A stretch of DNA of 61,747 nucleotides, filler included. It is 11 parts of 11 records of this genome, joined end to end, with 100 filler letters (N's around TTAATTAATTAA, not from the genome) between each part and the next. Parts side by side here need not be neighbours in the genome. Positions count along the whole stretch, not along the records: positions 13,064 to 21,561 come from SRR7504441_9851; positions 21,662 to 25,338 come from SRR7504441_9853; positions 25,439 to 29,355 come from SRR7504441_9863; 8 more parts are not named here. The stretch is one strand, 5' to 3'. Numbering within the stretch: position 1 is the stretch's first letter; the number at the start of each line of letters is the position of its first letter. Positions 13,064 through 25,629 of this stretch are shown here, one piece after another. A program made the position numbers and the translations under genes. The notes under the pieces are model-generated. The model saw only the letters and a program-made list of their open reading frames with translations, made no database searches and was not told the origin of the DNA.

Positions 13064-13729
13064 CAGCTCAGGCAGCTCGAGACGATCGATGAGGCGGGGG
13101 CCGCACCCAATGCCCATCGTAAGTCCGCGCAACGTACTCGACCAGCTGTTCAATCTCCAGCCCTTGCAGCGCCTGGACTTGAACACAGTCCAGCTCAATC
13201 TTATTGGCCGGTACTCTGATCAGGTCAGGATCTGCTCTAGATAGTGGAAGCCAAAACCTGGTTGAGAACGAGATCGCGGAGCAGGGAATGCGATTCGACG
13301 TGGATCGGTTCGTAATCGGGGATGACGGGGTGCGCGGCCGCCGGGCTGGGCGATTGAGTCGGTGTTGGCGTGCTGCAGCAAGAGTATGGCCACATCAGCA
13401 ACTGCCCTTGGTACTTGCCAGTGGTGTCGTACTCAGGGGATGAGGTGCTGATGCGGGTCGGCGAGACCAGTCAAAAATCGGCCAGCTCGGTAGCGCTGTA
13501 GCCTGGCCCAAACCCGGCCCAACATTAATTACTTGATGAACGAGATGAACGATTAGCATACGAATCCATTATTAAACATTAATTAAATAGCAGCTCAGTC
13601 ACACATCAACCACGCTGTGTGGCTTCTCCTATGGTTGGTTAGTTAAAATTATGCGGATCCACGCAGCGGCTCGCCGGTCGCCCAGGCGGGCCTCTCCAAT
13701 CGCCCGCTGTGGCTGGAGCGGCCGCAGCC

Positions 13730-14056
13730 TCAGCTGATCACGCAGCAGCACCCGTCGTCCTTCTTCTTGCCCTCCTCCCTGCGCTTGGCGTCGGCCTTGA
13801 TCCTGGCTGACTTGCTCGTAGGCGTTTGCCTCGGACCGGGCAGCGACTTGCCCTCCGCCAGCGCCTGCTGCTCCCGCTCGGCGAACTCGCGCTCCTTCTC
13901 CTCGCGGGTTTCCTTGGACGGTGCCGTCCCGTCCTTGCACAGGGGCGGGTTGAGCGCTCGCTTGACGAACTTGTCCTTAATGCTGCTCTTCTTGGCCGTC
14001 TTCGGGGTCTGCTCCCCCCCGGACTCCTGCTCGGCTGCTGGCTCGGCGTCCGCCAT
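13730..14056 (-). CDS. Small charged protein with C-terminal CaaX prenylation motif
   Basis: 108 aa ending KKKDDGCCCVIS. Confidence 0.65.
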   Translation of the reverse strand: MADAEPAAEQESGGEQTPKTAKKSSIKDKFVKRALNPPLCKDGTAPSKETREEKEREFAEREQQALAEGKSLPGPRQTPTSKSARIKADAKRREEGKKKDDGCCCVIS

Positions 14057-14164
14057 CGCGCCGGCCTCAACTCAGGGCACAGGCAGTGCCCGTCCAAACA
14101 CTCGGAACGCTGCAAAAAAACAACGGCACCAGAGCCAGCAGCAGCCACAAACGTCGTCGGCATC

Positions 14165-17100
14165 ATGCGAAGAGTAGGCGTCGTCGGGACTGCATTCCTT
14201 GCGCTGGGTGTGCTGGGCTGGGCGGCGGAGCTGCTCGGGCCGCCGGTGGAGCAGCTCAACTGGACCAACTCGCATGGCGGCCCGATCGGCCATCCCGGCG
14301 ACCCCATCGAGCTAATACGCCCGGCCGCCCGCCCGCCGGCATCCAGCCCACCCTGGGCCGGCCGTACCCACCCGGCGGCCCCGGAGTTCGGGTACGCCGA
14401 GTCGGCCGGGTTCCTGCAGGCCGGGAACGACCTGGGCACGGTCAGCGTGAGCAGCGTATCCGAAGCGCTCGCCGCGTGCAGCGCGGCCATCATGTGCCGA
14501 GGGCTGACGTACCAGGGTGGACCTAACGGGACTATCAGCGGGCCGACCACCGTCTACCTCAAGAGCGGCACCGCCCGCTCCGGGGGCGCCCCCTGGGCCT
14601 CCTGGGTGAAGCAGGCCCCTGTGGGCCCGCCCAGCCAGCAGATCCAGTCAGCGGACGACAAGCTTGTGCTCGGGCTTCGGGCCGACTCGTTCACAGTCCA
14701 GTGGCTCAACCTGTCCAGCGGGGTCCCGCAGCGGGATAACTTCTCGTTCGTGCCCCCGCTCTCGCCGGGCTCAGCGCTCCCGCCTGTGCAGCACCTTGGA
14801 GATCTCAATCTCCGGGTCGGAGGCTCGGGTCAGTGGCGGTACTACAGCTCAGCCTGGGGCCCGTTCAGCGCAGCCGCCGCTCCGGTGCCGCTCCGGCCGG
14901 GCGAGTCGGCGGCGCACGACATCACGCCGCTGCTCCAGGCCACAGCCGACCAGCCGATTGGTCTGAGCGTGCGCCGCTCATACGGCCCGATGGGCGGGGC
15001 GGGTCTGGCAATGCAGTTCGAGCTCCGCAACACCGGGCCGGCGGCGGTGGAGGTGGGCGGGCTCGGGATGGCGGTCCCGGCGGCGGTGTCGCAGGACGTG
15101 CACATAGGCAGGGACCATGGGTGGGTCGAGTGGCTTCGAGTCCACGTGGACCAGCAGCTCCAGCTGGACCAAGAGTGCCTTGTGGCCACCCCTCTGCACC
15201 CGACCGGCGGCCTCGAGAACTTCCGGCCGATCTTCGAGTACGGCGGGGGCGGGTTTGAGTGGACTGTCCTCTCCAAGGCGTGGGCGGAGGAATGGGAACG
15301 GAACCAGCAGTGGCCGTACCTCTACATGAGCACAGAGCTCAACCAGACCGGTCTATGGCCCGACCCGCGCAGCCCGTGGCCGGCCTGGGGCGACGGCGGC
15401 CAGACGGTCCGGACCAGCATCGGGCCTGCCTCCCACTGGAATCCGCCCAGTTCCTGGGTCCTTGAGCCCGACCAGACCGAGATGTTTGGAATGCGGCTGT
15501 CGGGCTGCTCCGGGGGCCCGAGGACCCGCGACCAGGCGCTAGCGGCGGCCGGGGAGCCGGTGCTCCGGGCGGTGCCGGGGTACACGCTGAGCACGGCCAT
15601 GCGCTCGGCGGAGCTGTTTGTGACGTTGCCTGCCGGGCTCACTGTGACTACTGCCGTCTCGTTCCCGCCTGAGGTGCTCTCGATTGGACCGCTGAGCACC
15701 CGAGCCGGCGTGGCGGTGGTGCCGGTGGTCGGGTCGGCAGCCGGCCGGGCCAGGCTGGAGGTCAAGTTGAGTGACGGCACGGTGGCTGTGGCGCATTATC
15801 TCGTGCTGCCGCCTCTCGAGCAGCAAGTCTCGCTGGTGGCTCACCACTGGGCTGAGGTGGCCTGGCTGCCCAGGGAATTCAATGACCCTTTCGGCCGATC
15901 GGCCTCGGTGATGCCCTGGGATCGCGAGGACAAGCGGCACAGGCTGAACGACGGCAGAGCATACGGTACAAGCTGCACAAAGCCGGTGCTGAGCTGGGCT
16001 GTGCAGATGTCGGCCTGAGCGACGACGCTGGGGCGGCCAACCCGCTAGGGTTCGCGACTAGTCAGGCGTTCGCCCCGGAGCAGTCGACTGTGGCCCGGCT
16101 CGATGAGTACATAAGCAGCACGCTGTACGGCGTCAAGCCGGACACAGCGCACTGGCCGCTCAAGAGTCTGCAGCTTCCGGAGCCGAACAATGGGGTGCGG
16201 ATGACGCTCTTTTATTACAACCAGACCCACTTTCCGTACAACTATACCGAGCAGGCGGAGTGCGGGGTGGTGGCCGGGCTCAACTACAACTGGTGCATGA
16301 CCGAGGCCCAGGCCAACGCCACCTACCGTGGGTTCAACTACCCGCATCAGATCGCCACCTACTACGCCATGTGAGCCGGCCCGGTCTGCTGGCTGCTGAG
16401 CTGTGGGCAGGTATCGGGTCGCTCGGTGCTCTCTCGCTGGCCACCTGCGCCTGTGCTGAGCGGGCTGGCAGGAACCACCCGAGGATCAACGTGACCCAGA
16501 GCTGGGCCTGGTACCTCCAGCGGGCGGCCAACACAACCATCCGGCTCGGCTTTGCCAGGATCGGGTACATGGACGGCACCGTCACCCGTGAGGTTCTCCG
16601 CTCAGTGCTCGAAGAGGCGCAGGCCGATCCATCGTCGATCTGGACTTCGCTCGGCGCCAGGATCCTCGCCGGCGAGAGGGCGCGAGCCGAGTATTTCAGG
16701 ACGGCGCCCAACCCGTACGGGTCCGAGTTCTCGTACGACACCACGGGGCAGGAAGAGGTTGTGGTCTGGCTGCTTTATTTCGACTACGACGACGATGCGG
16801 CCCGGACTGTGAACCATATCCTACAGTACATGCGGAACTTGCCCAACTGGGCGTACAACGGCGGCGCCATCGCCACCGACGTGGCCAACGGCGGCAAGTG
16901 GTTGGTCTCGGCCGGGACGGGCCGGGGCGACTATGGCAAGATGCACTACCGGGCGGGGCTCAATCAGATCCCGTTGATCGAGTGGTACAGGCGGCACCCA
17001 GACGACCGGCAGACCCTCGAGATCGCTGTGGGCGCCATGAGCGGTCAGTTGTCTAATATCGACCAGACAGGGGCGCCGTCGATCTACTTCCACGCGTTTC

Positions 17101-17591
17101 CGCACGTGATGGAGCACGACGCGTACTCGGGCGACTATGGGCTAGGGTTCTTTGGGTCTTCGCTCGAGGCATCCGCCACGCTGGTGGTTGACCGGCAGCT
17201 CGGGCCGCTCTGCTACCTATGCGACTTAGCCGCCAGCAACCAAACCGGGGTTTACACGCTGATGCCGCGCGACGCGTACCACCAACGGGTGTATCTGGAG
17301 CCTCTTGGGCTTTTCGTGCAGGCCGACGCCGGGATTATCCAGTCAGTCTCACTCGATATGCCCCGATCAAGGATCACAGTCATCTTCGGGCCGCCTGATG
17401 CAACCCCGGCCCGGACCCGGAGCTACGACCTGCTGCGGCTGCGGGTGGACAAAGTGTCGTTGCCCGACGCAAAGAGGCCGGGCACTAATTTCTCGGTTGT
17501 GGCGCCGGGGGGTGTGACCAAGTCGCGGTCTGCGTTTGAGATACCTGGCTCTGACTCGGCTGTCTCGGTGAGCATTGCGTTCGATCAGTAA
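14165..17591 (+). CDS. Secreted DUF5695-like putative glycoside hydrolase (spliced)
   Basis: Signal peptide MRRVGVVGTAFLALG. Motifs HLGDLNLRV, DPFGRSASVMPWDRE, GLSDDAG, RGFNYPH, PYGSEFSYDTTGQEE, YSGDYGLGFFG across ORFs 13826, 16090 and 16260. Confidence 0.7.
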
Positions 17592-17845
17592 ACTCATTCG
17601 AGTCTGGCTTAAGCAATATATGCTCCCAGCGCCGCCATCAGCTGTAAGTCAAGCGATGGCTGGTGATGTCACATGTGGTACTTACACAATCATGCACTGC
17701 ATCAATGTACAAGTACGAGTACTTGCGTACGCAGTATTCACAAATAATCTCTTGACTCTTGAAATTCAAATGATCTACAAATGTACTACAAATGATGATT
17801 AACTTGAAGCCGTGTGATTATAATTCAATTGTGCGCAGGCTAGGT

Positions 17846-18769
17846 CTAATCATGCGTGGCTTGAATGAGGTGCGCCTCGGCCCACCAATACGGAAAGACC
17901 GGGCTGCTTTGCACGGAACTAAACCCAGCGCTCCTTAGCTCATCCATCCACCCGCTGACCGGCTGCTCATAGTTAGTCGGCCGACCTCCCTCGAACGCCC
18001 CGAGCATCACCGGCACCAAGAATCCATCGAGCACCCGCATACCAGTCTCCCCCAGCGGGGTGTACTCTGCCACACCCTTGGCATACGCCTCCAGCACGGA
18101 CTCCACTCTCTCAGACTCTGGGCCATCTCTCACACACGCTGGCACATCAAACTCCGCCAAGAGCAGCTTATCGCACCGACCGGCAAGCCACTCGAACACC
18201 TCTGCCCGCTCACCCGGCGGCAGGCTCTGCAGCGCGAAGGTGGCCTGGGCGACCTCCCACCGCCGGTCGCCGGCTCGCTCCATGAACTCCCGTACCGGCA
18301 TCCCGTGTGGCACCGCCGCCCGCCCCACCAACGGCCTCAGCCGCTCCATCGCCGCCTGGAGCAGCTCGGCACTCGGCTCGACCATCTCCACCCCGGCCGG
18401 CCGCACGCTGCACCGGCCGACCGCCGGGCCGAGTCCGAGCCCGCTTCCGGTGCCAATGTCCAGCAGCCGCCAGTCGGCCCGCTCCGGCTCAGGCCAGGCG
18501 GCGGCGAGGGCGGCAGCTAACTCATTGTATAGCCCCACGTTCCCACCGTTCTGGATGAAGGCCTCGAACGCCCCGGCGTCGTCCTGATACACTCCGCTGC
18601 CCCGGCCAGCCCGCTGGCTGTAGGAGGCCACCCGGTCGAGCAAAGCGCGCAGCGGTGGCGGAAGACCTACCGACCCGGCCAGCGCCGCCTCCAGTGCCCG
18701 CCCGGCCGCTGCTGGCCCGCTCGCCCGCCGCTGCTCCAGAAAGGCCGAGAACAACCGCGCCGCCGACAT
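17846..18769 (-). CDS. Class I SAM-dependent methyltransferase, intronless
   Basis: Motif I LLDIGTGSG, VEPS acidic loop, ATFALQSL; likely start MSAARLF. Confidence 0.8.
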   Translation of the reverse strand: MSAARLFSAFLEQRRASGPAAAGRALEAALAGSVGLPPPLRALLDRVASYSQRAGRGSGVYQDDAGAFEAFIQNGGNVGLYNELAAALAAAWPEPERADWRLLDIGTGSGLGLGPAVGRCSVRPAGVEMVEPSAELLQAAMERLRPLVGRAAVPHGMPVREFMERAGDRRWEVAQATFALQSLPPGERAEVFEWLAGRCDKLLLAEFDVPACVRDGPESERVESVLEAYAKGVAEYTPLGETGMRVLDGFLVPVMLGAFEGGRPTNYEQPVSGWMDELRSAGFSSVQSSPVFPYWWAEAHLIQATHD

Positions 18770-18907
18770 CGCGGTAATCTCAAACCGACCGACGGACAAA
18801 CGGTGTAGTAACCGACCGGTCTCGACGCTCCAGTTGATGCTGCCACCTCCAGTAGACACAGTACAGTACACCGAGCACTCGGTCGGTTTCACCCGTTTGT
18901 CCGTTAG

Positions 18908-19534
<627 letters not shown>

Positions 19535-19792
19535 GCTCATCATATAGAGTGATAACAAAGTTAATACTAATCGATCGATCAGTCAGTTCAGCCAGTGACC
19601 GATTGATTACATGTACTAATCAATTATTCATAGATTCAGTGTTCAATCTTGAGTCTGTCAGTAATTGCATTCCCCCTACTCTAGCTAGCGGAGTACTGGA
19701 GCTCCCTATATTGCCAAAATATTACCACTCTGTCGGTTTGTTGCACATTTATTGATTAGTTTACGCTTAGTTATCGTTTGCGTTTAGTTCAT

Positions 19793-21282
19793 CTAAGGGA
19801 TGAGCCGGGCATCTGACTCAGTGGTCGTATTGGCCCAGTGCGCTGACCCAGGAGCCTGAGGAGTCGCAGGAGCCTGTCCCGCAGCGGCGCCCACTGTGTA
19901 ATCGGTGTATTGCTCAAGCAAGCTTGGCCGTCTGCCGCTATCCGGGGGCGACTGGTCCAGATCTAGCGGCGGCATCCCCTGAGCCAGTGTCGAGCCGCTC
20001 CGGCCTCTCTCAGTATGCAGCAGCGAACCTATAGCGCCAAAGAAGCCCTCGTGCTTGAAGAACAAGGGCTGGACTGCCTCGTCGCTCGTGCCGGGCGCGC
20101 TGAGCGTATTCCAACTGACAGGCCGAGTCAGATCCGGCCGGCCGGCCGGGGCACCTCTCATTCCATCGGGCCATCTGAGCCACAATCGTCTGGGTGCCGA
20201 TCGGATTGTGGCGGAGGAAGCCGCCTGTGAAGAATATGGTAGGCATCTTATGCATCTTGGCGTTGAGGTGGGCGATTTGGCAGACGTTCTGGGCCACCAT
20301 CTTGCACAGCGCCCTGCAGACGTCCTGCTTAGGGCAGTTCTCAGGATTACTCTGCGCTTTCCCAAAGAAGCATGCTGTCAGGTCGGCAGGCAGGACCTTC
20401 CCGCCTATCTCTAGGTCCTTGCCGTAAATATCGGCCACCCGCAGATTCACCTTGCCCGGCTCGCCCGCCGCTGCCAGCTCCATGGCCTCGTCAAACGACT
20501 CCACGCCGGTAAGCATCCGCGCTAGTCCGTAGAACGTCCCTCCCCCGAGCGCCGTCCCACTAACACGCACAAACTGACTTGGGGAGAGCACCTTGACGAT
20601 GCTAACGCCCGAGCCGATGTGGCACAGCAGGAACGGGAACAGCGCCGGGCCGTGCACAGGCACTGACAGCTCGCGCCAGTCACCAGGGCTCTGCTCGGAT
20701 AGAGTGAAGGTCTCGTTCTCGACAGACTGGACCATGAACGAGATCCCGGCGATCACAGTCCCAAGCTCGTCCTCCGGCACCAGTTGCACCTCCAGCGTAT
20801 CCGCCCACAGCTCCTTGTACTTGTGCGCGCCCCCCCCCGGTGGCGTAGATTTCAGTCAATCCCGCCTCGGGCCCGATCAGCCGGCCGCCGCGGGCCTGGT
20901 TCTCGAGCGAAATCATCTCGACCGCCTGCTCCATCCGGCCGGTCTCGAACGTGATGAAACTCATGGTGCTCCCAGAGTCTGGGCACACATGCTCCAGCTC
21001 CTTATGCCGGCGGCCAGTGGCCCCGTACTCCCTAGAGCTCCGTATGAACTCGGAGAGGGGCCGGGGCGAGGCGAACCCGCGGGGGCTGCCCGCTTCGGGC
21101 GGCCTCTCGATGAAGACGACCTTGGTGAGCGTGCCGCCGATATCGAATCCGAGGCAACTCACTAATTCGGGCACGGTCCAGCACTCTGAGCCGCTCCGAC
21201 TGAGGTCCGGCCTGAGACACGGGCTGGGCTTGGGGCTGCTCGCCGGCCCGGCCGGGTTCGCCTTGGGTTGCCGATTACCCAT
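19793..21282 (-). CDS. PANK: Type II (eukaryotic/Fumble) pantothenate kinase; apparent 1-nt frameshift in a G homopolymer
   Basis: DIGGTLTK, ATGGG, HIGSGVSIVKV, GTALGGGTFYGL, HEGFFGAIG motifs. Confidence 0.9.
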
Positions 21283-21413
21283 TGCAGCCGCCTAGCGCCC
21301 CCGCGCCGCCCCCCGCGCAGGGCCTGCCGCTGTGGCGGGATTCCTTCCCGCTTGTGGACGTTGTGGTAGGAAATGCTATCAAAAAATCACCCCACGTTGC
21401 GCTCAGAGAAAAA

Positions 21414-21561
21414 ATGTCGGCCGCGAACAGCACCCCGCTGGCTGGCCTGCTGGGCGGGCTGTCGGTGGAGGAGCTGCTCCAGCGGTCGCCGGTGAGCCCG
21501 GAGGTGGAGGACAAGATGATCTCGCTCGAGGCCGAGCTCGAGGCCCCCCCCCCCCCCCCCC
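21414..21561 (+). CDS. 5' fragment of unknown protein
   Basis: ATG after an A-tract, open to the contig end, divergent from PANK. Confidence 0.4.
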
Positions 21562-21661
21562 NNNNNNNNNNNNNNNNNNNNNNNNNNNNNNNNNNNNNNN
21601 NNNNNTTAATTAATTAANNNNNNNNNNNNNNNNNNNNNNNNNNNNNNNNNNNNNNNNNNNN
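21562..21661. other. Artificial contig spacer
   Basis: N-run + TTAATTAATTAA. Confidence 0.98.
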
Positions 21662-22541
21662 AGAGAATGGAGCCGTGGCCTCGCGTCTCGTGGCGATACG
21701 CCAGGCCGGCCCAGGAGGTGGCGGGGCTGACGGACCGGGCGGTGGCTCGCGAGTTCGCCGCGCTGGCCGTCGCCAAGCAGATCCCGCCCGCAGTGGCCGG
21801 GCAGCTCAGCCTGTTCCAGAAGCGGCAGCTGCTCACCAACACCGACCCGCAGGCCTGCGCCCGCACCGGCCCGCTGCCACCCAGATGGAGCCTGCGGAGC
21901 AGTGGGCCGTCACAGCGAACAAATCAGGCCCGGCAGCGCGATCACCGACTCTGGCGTCTTGTGGCGCCAGGGGCAGCCCGGCTGGGCGAGCCCGAGGCTG
22001 CGGTGCTCGAGTGCGCCGAGCGGGCGCTGGCCACCGCCATGGTCCAAGCCAGTCGGCGAGACAGAGTCCCACCCTGACGCCAGCGGACGCCCCGCTGGGA
22101 CGCAGTTGGGATGCAACTCGGGCCGAGGAGCACAGTGCGCAGCATCATCTGATCCGAGAGCTAATCACAGGATTCGCTGTGTGCCATGCTCGCCGGCGGG
22201 TTACTATCTGCTAGTCGTGTCTGGTGTGAACGACGGGCCAAGCCGCTAGCCGACCAACTCACAACTAGCGAGCATGCAAGCAAGCTCGTACTCGTACTCG
22301 TAGACGTATTGGATCTGTGGTCACTCACATTACACTCACATGTGATACACATGTGACTATAAGTACGCACTACGCGAACAAGGCGCAGACGGTAATCCCT
22401 CGATTAACAATTTAACGATGATAGATGCGCCTTTAAAGTTAATTACAATATACAAAACAATAGACTGTGCGTCGTCGTCGGGTGAAGCGGAGATAAATGC
22501 TGCAGACAATGATGCACAATCATACGCTCCATGCACACCAT

Positions 22542-23917
22542 TTATCTCTCCTTCATCCGACGACGGATCTCCTTTTTCTTCCGCACAATCTCGATGTAAA
22601 GCTTCTCGCGGTAGTCGTTAATCGTGTACTTGGTGTTGTCGTCGATAGGAATCGAAATCGTGCTATTGGGCCTTGGTTCATCATCTGGGTTGTGGAACTG
22701 GGATACGAATGGGTGGCTCAGGGCTGCCTCGGCGCTGATCCGCTTGGCTGGGCTGAATTGTAGCAGCCTACGGAGCAGATCCAGGGCTTCTACAGTGCCA
22801 TGAGGGAACTGGTCTTGCAGCGTCTTCTTGGCTGTAGGCGGAATGCTCTCAAGCATGGTGCCAGCAAATGGTGACTTAATCGCCTCAATCTCGTCGTGAG
22901 ACGGCCGGCCGGTGAACTCGATGATTCTTTCCAGCTGGTTCATCGTCGACGAGCCTGGGAAGAGCGGCTTGTTTGCAAGCAACTCCCCCAGAATGCAGCC
23001 AAACGACCAAATGTCGACGCCCTTGGTGTACTTAGTAGAGCCTAATAAAATCTCGGGCGCCCGGTACCATCTCGTCGCGACGTAATCTGTCAGCACTGGA
23101 GCTGGGCCACTATTCGGGTTTTCGAGAGACGCAATTGAACGAGCGAGTCCAAAGTCACAAACTTTCATCTGACAATCCGAATTGAGCAGAATGTTGCTCG
23201 GCTGTCCCGCGCGGTCAGTCAGCTGTCGGCTCAGCGGGCACCTTCATATCTCTGTGGATGATGTCGGCTGCATGCAGGAACATGCACGCCCGGAATAGCT
23301 GATACATGATGTACTGCTTGTGGATATCTTCTAGGATGTTGGCCCGGATCACCGCGTGCAGGTCGGTCTCTGCCGGGCACACGACGTCAGCCACGCTCCA
23401 ACCGAGGATCGGCTGGCGGCAGCTAGAGCAAGGCGGCGCACCCATGTATTCGAAAACCAGGTAGATGTCCCTGTCGTTGTCGGCCTTGAGGACATTGCCT
23501 AGCCGGATGATGTTGTCGTGTCCGGTCATCTCTTGTAGGTACATGATCTCCCGGAACGTCCGCTGCGCGTCGGTGGCATTCTGGAACGCGTCGAAGATTT
23601 TCTTCAGCGCCACCACCTCCTTGGATCGCTTGTCGATGGCTTTCCAGACGATCCCGTATGCCTGCCCCCCCCGGAGTCAGAGCGGCGCGGGGGTGATCGT
23701 CGGCCAAGACCGGGCTCTAGGCCGGGACACGCCGACACGGCGCCGTTCGCCCGGGGCACCCGAGCCGGGCAACCCGGGGCGTTCCGAGAGAGATGGACCG
23801 GGGCGGCGGGGAAGACGGGCGGAAGGGAAGGGAAGGGGAGGGAGGACTCACCCCCTTGCCAAGCTTCTGGCAGATCTCATACTTGCGCAGCACATGTTTG
23901 TCTATGTCCTCTGACAT
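22542..23917 (-). CDS. MAPK15: Mitogen-activated protein kinase 15 (ERK7/8 family), 4 exons
   Basis: [71 protein letters not shown] introns with CTGAC branch points. Confidence 0.93.
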
Positions 23918-24376
23918 GCTTGGCTGCCGAGGATGTGCAGCCGAGGCCTGTGCCGATTTGAGGAGAAACACAGAGCCGTTGTCAAGTCTCAAGCTGAAGG
24001 CCCTCGCAGACTGGAGCTGATTCCTTGGCAATTTTCCGATTTTCGGAGCGGTTGTATCGGCCTTTTGAAGCCTTGGCTTGTCCTGAGAGTTTACTCATGA
24101 GAGTTGCTAGGGCAATCTGTCTTGACCTGTTCTAGATCCGCTAATTTAAAAGTACCTGAGGTTAGTGCGCTTATTGCTCGCTAAGTATACACCATGGTAT
24201 ACACGGCGTGCGCAATCCCATTTGTTCATGGATGTTCTTTGAATGCGCATTTATTACGAAGCTCTAGGCACTCCGCATGACCGGAAATGACATGTTGCAG
24301 TCATGAATGGTTTTGCGATCCGGGTGTGACACTTCCGCAACAGCGTTCAATGAGCCATTGAATCGAGCGGAGTTGG

Positions 24377-25338
24377 CTAGGGCGCAGAGAGGCGGAGCTG
24401 CAGCTGCTGGACCGCCTCGGTGGTGAGCACCAGATCCTTGCGCAGCAGCAGCGCCACCCTGCCCGCCGGGCTCAGCAGCCGGCCGGACCAGCCAGCCTTA
24501 CACATTGGCCATCTTGCTTGGCATCACACGCACGTTCGGAATATTCCGGGACGCCACCTCGAAATTCTCGCTCTGCTCGTTCAGCTCGCCGTCGATGAAC
24601 AACGCGTCCAGCAGCCCGCGCTCTGACCCGGCGGTCGGCGCGAGGCGCGCGGAGGCTCACCCTCGAGCATCTGGTGGAGCGGCTTGGTCTTGTGGCTGTC
24701 GAGTTGGAGGTCCTTAAGTACCGTCAGCCGGCCTTCGAGCAACTGCCCCCCGCTCCACCCCGCGCCCGCTCGCCGGCGCGCCTTGGCTGAGAGAGTAGAG
24801 CGGAGTCCGAGCGCCCGCACCTGCACAGACGACTCACGAGCGCTCCGCCGGACCGGCACCTTCTTGGGCAGCGTGTAGGACCAGTCCTTAGGCTTGGGCC
24901 CGTGCGCCACACCCCCGCCCACCCTATGCGGTGCGCTGCGCCCTCGGCTCAGGCAGGCCTGGCCCGGGATCAGACCGGGCGCTGCCCACTCGCGCGGCCC
25001 CCGAGCCCTTCTGTTTGCGCAGCTTGCGGGTGGAACCGCGGACCTCTCCGCGACTTTTGCTGCTGGCGGTGCCCTGCCGCCTGCACGCCCGCTGCCACAC
25101 CACCACGCGGTGCACGATGTCTGACAGACCAGTCGGCCCAGGGGCCCGGCCGGGCGGGGCACCGCGTCTGATGGGTGTTCCGAAGACCTCGGGGTCGAGG
25201 ACCATCGTGTCGAGCTGCTCCCCCTGCAGCGTCTGGACCGGCACCTCCATGCTGCCTGCCCCCGCCGGTCAAGCCGGGCTGGTGGTGCGGTGCGCCTTGC
25301 GCCGGGACGAAGGCCGAGGGCGGAGCTGGCTGCACCTG
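24377..25338 (-). CDS. MRPL4: Mitochondrial ribosomal protein uL4 (5'-truncated, spliced)
   Basis: [48 protein letters not shown] motifs. Confidence 0.9.
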
Positions 25339-25438
25339 NNNNNNNNNNNNNNNNNNNNNNNNNNNNNNNNNNNNNNNNNNNNTTAATTAATTAANNNNNN
25401 NNNNNNNNNNNNNNNNNNNNNNNNNNNNNNNNNNNNNN
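25339..25438. other. Artificial contig spacer
   Basis: N-run + TTAATTAATTAA. Confidence 0.98.
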
Positions 25439-25629
25439 TAAAAGTTTAAGGTGAGTTATAACTCTATAACTTAGCAATATTGGAAGACCCCATAATTTGC
25501 CGTCCCGGCGCCGACAACCCCGACAAGCTCCAGCGCTGTAGGGCGTCCAGCGGCACCTGACGTGGGTCGGATCGTGTCAGAGGCAGTGTAGAGCGTGGCG
25601 GCCTGCCAGAGCTGATTGGGGCTGAGGCC

